IMG/VR virus record: IMGVR_UViG_3300025912_000012 | Location: 71,080 to 135,079 of that record | Strand: one strand, 5' to 3' | Source: a virus | Lineage: Duplodnaviria > Caudoviricetes | Length of the DNA: 64,000 nucleotides | Shown here: piece after piece, positions 57,774-64,000 of the stretch | Layout: each line of letters begins with the position of its first letter | Position numbering within the stretch: position 1 is the stretch's first letter | The notes under the pieces: model-generated | Told to the model about the DNA's origin: nothing | Seen by the model: only the letters and a program-made list of their open reading frames with translations | Databases searched by the model: none | Made by a program: the position numbers and the translations under genes

Positions 57774-58396
57774 GCAGGAACCCCGATGATGCTATCCTGC
57801 CAGCGCAGGACCATCTCCTGCTCAAAGAACTCCAGTCTTGCCACCGGGCGTCGTCCCTCCTCGTCCTTGCACTCCGGGTTGAGGCATTTCACTGTCCCGT
57901 GCAGCGGGAACATCCGCAACGTGCGTCCCTGACACCAGGGGCACGGGGGCTCGGGGGAACCTTCTATCCGGGGGAGCCTCCGGGGCAGTTCTGTCTCGTT
58001 CAGCGCGATCGAGGCTTTCCGTGACCATCCGTCCAGCCATTTCGTATTCGAGATCACATAGCTATCCTGCGCTCCCTGGGACAGCCGCACGATATTCTCC
58101 AGCGCCCTGAGAGTATTCCCGTTACTCCCGCCCCGTTCCCTCCTGGGGAGCCTCAGGGAGATGCGCAGACAGGCTTCCGCGTCCCTGCTGCGAGCATGCA
58201 GGTCCATGATCGCGTGCGCGACCGCTGCGCACCACGGGGGCTGGGAATGGTCAATCTTCCCGTGAAACCCTCCCTGTCCTGTCTGGGATTTCACCGCGAT
58301 CACGCATTCCAGTCGTTCATTCAGCTTCCATGCGTGCTGCGCGGAGTCTTTAAGTCTCATGCGGATCGCGACATGCGCGGGAATAATCGGGGGCAT
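57770..58396 (-). CDS. Zn-finger protein, possible late transcription regulator
   Basis: CPWC..CLNPEC; precedes HTH gene and late region. Confidence 0.6.
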   Translation of the reverse strand: MPPIIPAHVAIRMRLKDSAQHAWKLNERLECVIAVKSQTGQGGFHGKIDHSQPPWCAAVAHAIMDLHARSRDAEACLRISLRLPRRERGGSNGNTLRALENIVRLSQGAQDSYVISNTKWLDGWSRKASIALNETELPRRLPRIEGSPEPPCPWCQGRTLRMFPLHGTVKCLNPECKDEEGRRPVARLEFFEQEMVLRWQDSIIGVPA

Positions 58397-58432
58397 ATCC
58401 CCTAGGATAAATTACCCAGGGATGATCCGCAA

Positions 58433-58810
58433 TTACGAGAGGTCAATAGAGCCCGTGAAAGCCCCCTGGACTATGTTGTACGCGAGCTGGACTTTCCTCT
58501 TCTCCCACTCCGGAAGGAATCTCCACTCCACCATGCACGGGTGGGTTTTTCTTACCGGGTCTTTACTCGGACCCCAGCACCAGCCATCCTGCGCCATTTT
58601 CTCCACCCACATTTCCTGCACGTACTCCGTGGGATATCCTGCCGCGATCAGCCGCACCAGGGACTGCACAGGCGCTCGTGCCACCTCGGAGATGGCGTCA
58701 TACGGGGCTGGCGGATACGGGTCGTCCAGCCAGTACCCGAGGTCACGCTGCGCGTTATGCACGATCCTGGCTACCGCGTCAACGGTGATACTGTCGCTGT
58801 CAGCTTTCAT
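58433..58810 (-). CDS. RyR-domain protein
   Basis: W...KM..GW.WG..KD...KTHPCMV.W..LPE.EK.K. Confidence 0.8.
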   Translation of the reverse strand: MKADSDSITVDAVARIVHNAQRDLGYWLDDPYPPAPYDAISEVARAPVQSLVRLIAAGYPTEYVQEMWVEKMAQDGWCWGPSKDPVRKTHPCMVEWRFLPEWEKRKVQLAYNIVQGAFTGSIDLS

Positions 58811-58819
58811 GATTCCTCC

Positions 58820-59017
58820 CTACAGGTATTCTTCCAGCGGGAAAACGTCCTCTTTTCTCCTCCACTGTACGAGATGATGACATTTCCCGTGAAGAGTGAA
58901 ACTGGCGCACCTGCATCCCCAGTTCCCCCTTGCTGAATCCCAGAAAACCCGTATGGGGACGTACTCGCCGTCCTCATACGGGTCTTCGTCGTAGTAGTTA
59001 TCCGATGTGCTCGTCAT
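58820..59017 (-). CDS. SWIM Zn-finger microprotein
   Basis: CRC..F....KCHH. Confidence 0.7.
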   Translation of the reverse strand: MTSTSDNYYDEDPYEDGEYVPIRVFWDSARGNWGCRCASFTLHGKCHHLVQWRRKEDVFPLEEYL

Positions 59018-59261
59018 TGAGAAGCCCGAGAACTGCGTCCCGCGTCTCGAACGAGACGAGCCTCACATCGACTAGCATCTTCCCCTTGCGGTCCATGGAG
59101 ATAAATGCCACCCGGGTGAGACCTGCTTCCGCGAGATCCTTTACTGCGCCCATCTGCTCATCCCTGATTGTGCGGAATATCGGGGAATCCCCGAGGATCG
59201 CGGGGAGAAGCTCCGTCTCCGCTACTGCTTTCTCGTTTTCCTTCGTGGCTGGGGCAGCCAT
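58998..59261 (-). CDS. hypothetical protein
   Basis: SD AGGA; in operon. Confidence 0.65.
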   Translation of the reverse strand: MAAPATKENEKAVAETELLPAILGDSPIFRTIRDEQMGAVKDLAEAGLTRVAFISMDRKGKMLVDVRLVSFETRDAVLGLLNDEHIG

Positions 59262-59273
59262 TCCTGTCCTTTC

Positions 59274-60041
59274 CTATGCCAGGAGGAAGCTCATCAGGGC
59301 TTCCCCTTCTTTCACGTCCACGAGCGGGGTCTGGTTAGCGCGGGCAGTCGCGTCATCCACCGCCGCGATCACCATATCAAACCGGTCCATCAGCTCCCGC
59401 TTCCGCGAGGGATAGACCGCGCCAGACAGGGCAACCGACTGGTAGTGTCCCGTGGGGATGGTGTCCTCGATTGCCTGGACCTGGGGCGCGTGCTTGTCGT
59501 TCCCCTGGTGCAAGACAAGGGGAACGACCTTCTTGGTGCTGCTCACGCGGGTTTCCATGTCAGCCTTGTACACGTGAGAGTCCCCTGCGGTCCAGTTCTT
59601 CGTCGGGTCGAGGACAGGCAGGACCGCGATGAACTTGCGCCACTCGGACAGGTACTTGCCCAGCCACAGCAGGTGACTGACTGGGACGTTCGCAAGCAGT
59701 ACCGTCCCGTCCGGGAGGACGACATCCGCGTTCGCGTCCTGGTTGGTACGGTCGTTGGTGGCAACCGCGTCCAGCGCCGGGATCGCGTACTCCATTGCCT
59801 GGCGGAGCGCGTCAGGAACAGTCAGCGCAACCTGCTTGTTAACGTCAGGCTGCGTCCCGAGGAGCATGCCCCTGCGCTGTTCCTCAGTCAGCTCCTCAAG
59901 CGGGTGGTGAATTTTCACCAGACCCGTGGTCAGGGATTCGTTCTGAACCCTCTTGATCATTTCCTTCCCGAAATCGTTATCCCGGGCTCGGATACCCGTG
60001 ATCGTGGAAACCAGCTGGGAAAGCGTGCGTGCGCGTGCCAT
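59274..60041 (-). CDS. conserved hypothetical protein (actinomycete family; DUF7873-like from memory)
   Basis: A.ADV..DG.VLL..VPV..LL.L.K.L....F...LPVLD; KHAPQV; SGA. Confidence 0.75.
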   Translation of the reverse strand: MARARTLSQLVSTITGIRARDNDFGKEMIKRVQNESLTTGLVKIHHPLEELTEEQRRGMLLGTQPDVNKQVALTVPDALRQAMEYAIPALDAVATNDRTNQDANADVVLPDGTVLLANVPVSHLLWLGKYLSEWRKFIAVLPVLDPTKNWTAGDSHVYKADMETRVSSTKKVVPLVLHQGNDKHAPQVQAIEDTIPTGHYQSVALSGAVYPSRKRELMDRFDMVIAAVDDATARANQTPLVDVKEGEALMSFLLA

Positions 60042-60063
60042 TCTTTCCTCATCCCATGTAGGT

Positions 60064-60097
60064 GCCCCCCCGAGACCTAGCCTTGCCCCGGGGGGGC
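60064..60097. promoter_or_regulatory. GC-rich hairpin between ncRNA and downstream gene
   Basis: GCCCCCCCG/CGGGGGGGC arms. Confidence 0.55.
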
Positions 60098-60099
60098 GA

Positions 60100-60400
60100 A
60101 AAGTGTTTTGTCACAGCTTCACAGGCTGATGCGAATTGCGGTTCGCTGACAAGCCCGTCACTGTCATCGGCGGTCGAGGTGCGTCTGTCTTGTCTCGAAG
60201 CGTCCTAGCCATTAGACCAGAGGACGATGAGCCGTCCCCGGGGGATTCGAACCCCCATCTCAGTGAGTTGCGCACCTGCGGTAGATATGACAGCACAGGC
60301 TGAGCTTAGGCTTTAAGCGAGCAGTCTTCGTCTTTCTCCGCGCAGCTGCATAGTGAGCTTGGCGGTTCTGGTCTTAGACTTCGGCTTCGGCTTGCGCTCA
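60100..60400 (-). ncRNA. ~300-nt ncRNA: hexamer-repeat leader + permuted tRNA-like (Y RNA/YrlA-like) domain
   Basis: T-arm, loop-closed acceptor stem, then D-arm; long closing stem; own promoter. Confidence 0.75.
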
Positions 60401-60406
60401 GCGACT

Positions 60407-60434
60407 ACTCTACCAGCGATGCCGATCTTGTCAA
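60407..60434 (-). promoter_or_regulatory. sigma70/HrdB-type promoter TTGACA-N16-TAGAGT
   Basis: Perfect -35; TGn extended -10. Confidence 0.75.
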
Positions 60435-60497
60435 ACCTAACGCTCACCTGGGGGCATACTAGGGTATGCTGCCAGCGAACAACCGCAGAAGGGAACT

Positions 60498-60740
60498 GTG
60501 ATGCCTGCTGTCCTCGAAAAACTGATCGAAGGAATCTCCGAGGAGACCCCTCCCTGCATGTGCCTGTGGAAAAGAATGCGCTGCCGGAACCTCAGCTCCT
60601 GGCGGATCGTCTCCACGTGCCCGCACTGCAACTCTCGTGTCATCGGGTTCATCTGCGCCCGGTGCCACGAGGACGGGGTGCTGCACGGGTTCGAATGCGG
60701 TATCTGCCTGAAAGTACGCGGGATCGACAGGTACCTGTAG
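60498..60740 (+). CDS. Cys-rich Zn-binding protein
   Basis: CPHC; CARC; CGIC. Confidence 0.6.
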   Translation: MMPAVLEKLIEGISEETPPCMCLWKRMRCRNLSSWRIVSTCPHCNSRVIGFICARCHEDGVLHGFECGICLKVRGIDRYL

Positions 60741-60949
60741 TGAGCGAGAAACGCACTATGAGCAAGGTCGTCAGGACGAAAAACAACCTGCGCCCGAAAG
60801 CTGTCGCTGATGTGACGAGAAGGAATAGCAACACGATCATGGACGTGCTCGCGGCGCTGGTCAGCGGGATCGCGATACTGTTCGTCGTGGCAGTCGCCAT
60901 TGCTGGCGTATCTTACATCCTTCTGCTCATACTGGGGGCTATCGGGTGA
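60740..60949 (+). CDS. small membrane protein
   Basis: Coupled GTG; hydrophobic C-terminus. Confidence 0.55.
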   Translation: MSEKRTMSKVVRTKNNLRPKAVADVTRRNSNTIMDVLAALVSGIAILFVVAVAIAGVSYILLLILGAIG

Positions 60950-60971
60950 TTACCGGAAATGACGGGAAATC

Positions 60972-61400
60972 ATGATAATCGGGGTGACTGGCTCCCGCAC
61001 CTGGAACAACTGGGAGATGATCACTGAGGCGTTCGATAAAGCCTTCCATGATTTCGGGGACCCCGCGTACCCGAATGTGGTGATCGTCGGGAGTGCAGGC
61101 GGGGCTGACGGGATGTGCAAGGCAGAGGCTATTCGCAGGGGATGGCATCCCGCGCAGATGATGCCGCTGTGGGGACACTACGGGAAAGCCGCTGGGTATA
61201 TGCGGGATACCGCGATGGTGTACGTGGGGATGCACGCGGACTGCTGGCTCGCGTTCATCGATGAATGCGCGAAAGAAGACTGCATCCGCAAGACTCCGCA
61301 TGATTCCCACGGGACCGCGATAACCGTGAAAGCCGCAAGGAAAGCAGGGATAGAGGTAAGAGAGCACAGAGGCAGTCAGGGAAAGGAAGTGAAATCCTGA
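60972..61400 (+). CDS. SLOG/YspA-like (DUF2493) protein
   Basis: IGVTGSRTW; GSAGGAD; W..YGKAAG..R; SHGT. Confidence 0.8.
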   Translation: MIIGVTGSRTWNNWEMITEAFDKAFHDFGDPAYPNVVIVGSAGGADGMCKAEAIRRGWHPAQMMPLWGHYGKAAGYMRDTAMVYVGMHADCWLAFIDECAKEDCIRKTPHDSHGTAITVKAARKAGIEVREHRGSQGKEVKS

Positions 61401-61804
61401 GGGAGGGTGGTTATCATGTCCTCCTGAGACCGCAAATCGTCTTTCCTCAGACCCTGGCGATAGCGCATCTCCTCCAGTCTCAGCTGGAGCAGGCGGTTCT
61501 TCAAGCGGGACAGCTCCCTGGCATCCCTCTTGCTCCGGACGTACGGGAGGTGACGAGAATCTGCTCTCGCTTTGTTCAGCACCGCGATCACCCCGAGGAG
61601 CAGGGACACTCCCAGCCACCACAGGAGACACGCGGTCCAGGAGGAGGTATCCCACACCCATCCCCCAGACTGATCTGTCCCATGCCAGATAAAGTAGGGC
61701 CAGCAGCAAGTGACAAACACTGCTATCGCGACAGTGAGATGCAGGATATAACTGCTCTCCCCGGACTGGATCTTGCGGTAGGATGGCAGGTTAGTTCTGT
61801 TCAT
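61376..61804 (-). CDS. membrane protein
   Basis: 2 TM plus coiled tail; single inverted gene. Confidence 0.5.
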   Translation of the reverse strand: MNRTNLPSYRKIQSGESSYILHLTVAIAVFVTCCWPYFIWHGTDQSGGWVWDTSSWTACLLWWLGVSLLLGVIAVLNKARADSRHLPYVRSKRDARELSRLKNRLLQLRLEEMRYRQGLRKDDLRSQEDMITTLPQDFTSFP

Positions 61805-62688
61805 GCCTCGTGCAACACCACAGTCCGCGATCTTATTCCCAGAGGAGGGACCATGAGAGGAAGACTGCGCCCGTGCTTCCGGTGCAGGGTACTGCTGATG
61901 CATCACCCGTTCCGGGTAAAGAAAAACTGCACCTGCCCCTGCGGGCTCAACCGGAGGAGGACCCGCTGAACACGCATGAGGTAGCCGTGCTCAACGGGAG
62001 CATTGATGTCACCTGGAGAGCCCATCAGGAGCATGTCTTCTACGAGGCGGAGGAAACCCTGTCAGGGATGATCATCCTCACCCCGAGGGCGGAGATTCCC
62101 GCGAGAAGGAGGAAAGAGCCTATCCCGCTGAGAGGACAGTCCGAGGAAGTATTCGATCCTCGCGCTTACTGGGAGAATAAATACCAGGAAGAAGGACCAT
62201 GGTAACGAGAACCCCGAAAAAGAAACGGGCACACAAGTTCATCCCCGATCCGCATACTCACCCCCAGTCTAAATACAGGTTTTGCGAAACCTGTCTCAGG
62301 ATGAGCCACTACAGAATGCACCAGCCGCTATGGTGGAGGATATTCCATAAGGAGCTGTACAGGAATTGAAAAGAGACAAGCCTCACAGATTCACCCCTTC
62401 CCCTAGGAGCATGGCGAGACCAAGATACAAGTTCTGCGATACATGCGGGAGACAGAGACACTACTACCTGCACCAGCCCTGGTGGTGGAGGATTACCCAC
62501 AAGGATCAGAACTGGAGAGGCGTCCTGGAATGATCCGGATACTGAAACGAATCCTCACCAACCCAGGGCATGACGAGGACATGTGCACCAGGAGGAAATG
62601 CGCTACCTGCGAACTCCAGGACACAGGGCATTTCGAGGCACTGAAAGAGATGAATGAGCAGCTAGAAGACTAGTCTCAAAGAGTAACA

Positions 62689-62723
62689 CAGAACCCCCTG
62701 GGAGTCTCTTAGGGGGTTTTCTG
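62689..62723 (+). terminator. intrinsic terminator
   Basis: AACCCCCT/AGGGGGTT followed by TTTT. Confidence 0.65.
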
Positions 62724-62729
62724 TATTCC

Positions 62730-63415
62730 TGCATTCGAATTCCTTACGTACGAGGGATTTTACTTTACTAAAATCTGAACTCAGAAACTGAGACAACAAC
62801 CTTACGTGCTGAGAAACTTCTAGAAATTCGCTTGGTGGTCTGACGGCATTTTTCGAACATCAGCTCTATCTAAGCGAATCTTTAGCCTCGCTAACTAACC
62901 TGTGTTCGAATTCAGCTCAGGCTACGTAATTCGAACACAGTAACGTTAGTCTAGCTAACTACATCGTATATCCCTACTGTTAGCTAGGGAAACTACTTTG
63001 GTTAGCAGTGCTAACGATCCTCTGAGCTGGTCATATACGATATCGTTAGCGTGACTAACGTTCGAACGCTCGAACACTATTTCGAGTTTCTGGAGGCGCG
63101 AGAAATTCGAACTCAATATCGAACAGCGTAGCATGGCACACTCTGTTGTGTTCGAACGCTACCTGTACACTGTACGTGTACCCTGGTTGTCGAGGTAATT
63201 CGAACTCTTTCTCTAGCACCGGGGCACCATCACAGGGTAGCATACATTTTTTCGAATTTCAACTACTACCATGTGCAATGTGCCTATTCCAGGTCTGTGA
63301 CCAGGGATTCTGTGGGTGAAATTCGAAATAGGGTTCTAGTACCATACCCCGTAGGGGTATGCGTACCTTTCGAACGAGGCATCTGAGAGAGTCTGAAACG
63401 GCTTTGTTCGAATGA
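62730..63415. repeat. non-coding TTCGAA-rich tract with inverted repeats
   Basis: About 12 TTCGAA; perfect 13-bp inverted repeat at 62900-62940. Confidence 0.8.
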
Positions 63416-63754
63416 CCCTGGGGATTGTGCCTGAGAGGTACCAAAACCCTCCTGGTGGCTCTCTGAGAGCCAGCTAGAGGCATCGTCCCAGGATCGCAGG
63501 TCACAGGATCGCTCACCAGGGCGAGGATTGGTTGCAATGCAACTAGTCTGCCTGTACTAGGACATTCAGGATATATGCGGATAAATGCATTCCCTAGTTT
63601 TCCTATAGGGAAGCTTCTCAGCTGTTTCCCTACCATTCTGGTTCTAGGGTGTTTCCGCAGGTCAGACCCTATTTCCTACCAAAGCGCTAGATGTTAAAGA
63701 ACGTAAAGCCAAGGTAAAGGGAGAGTAAAGTCTGACTGACTGTTCAGTCAATGC

Positions 63755-63965
63755 CTCAATTCGGACATCAGGGGACATAACGGACATCTGAATTCGGACA
63801 TTCCCGGCATTTCGGACAGGGGGTGACCTGGACAAAACGGACATATCGGGCGTCAATTGTAACGGAATGGTAACGGAATTTCGGATTCCAGGGCGAAAAC
63901 TAGGGCAATTCAGGCAATTCGGGCATGTCCGAAATATCCGGAATGTCCGTAGACAAAACGGACAC
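63755..63965. repeat. GGACA iteron-like repeats
   Basis: About 7 (C)GGACA copies at 63762-63843, inverted TGTCCG copies, GTAACGGAAT x2. Confidence 0.7.
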
Positions 63966-64000
63966 TGCTAACGCCGTTAACAGTTAGCCTCGCTAAGGAC

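Noticed and set aside
60180-60260. Ordinary tRNA or attP tRNA fragment
   Set aside because: Arms are permuted, the acceptor stem is loop-closed, there is no anticodon loop, and no integrase is in the window.
61810-62673. Small + strand ORFs
   Set aside because: Probably coding, but starts and functions cannot be supported.
63055-63856. Short - strand ORFs in the terminal region
   Set aside because: Atypical composition, repeat-dominated, no SD or motifs.

Overview
About 64 kb of a large tailed (siphovirus-like) phage genome, most likely infecting an actinomycete (GC ~60% by eye, HrdB-type promoter, GRHRK-leader muralytic enzymes). From left to right: (1) a + strand tRNA array (13 tRNAs) interleaved with Zn-finger and membrane microproteins and an 82-nt RNA that looks like the tRNA-like domain of tmRNA with no mRNA domain; (2) an SDR epimerase and dCMP deaminase; (3) a long - strand late region running from terminase through portal, protease/scaffold, capsid, tail and tape measure to lysis genes, into which about 16 sugar-synthesis, glycosyltransferase and methyltransferase genes are inserted (candidate virion glycosylation system); (4) secreted LysM-transglycosylase and NlpC/P60 genes; (5) a promoter-driven ~300-nt ncRNA with a circularly permuted tRNA-like core and hexamer repeats, directly upstream of a conserved 255-aa hypothetical gene; (6) a repeat-rich non-coding end. 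The most unusual signals are this ncRNA/protein pair, the TLD-only tmRNA, a portal-MuF-Nudix-ParB polyprotein carrying internal copies of the tape-measure C-terminus and of its own N-terminal motif, and the glycosylation system. All calls were made by eye from motifs; no searches were run.
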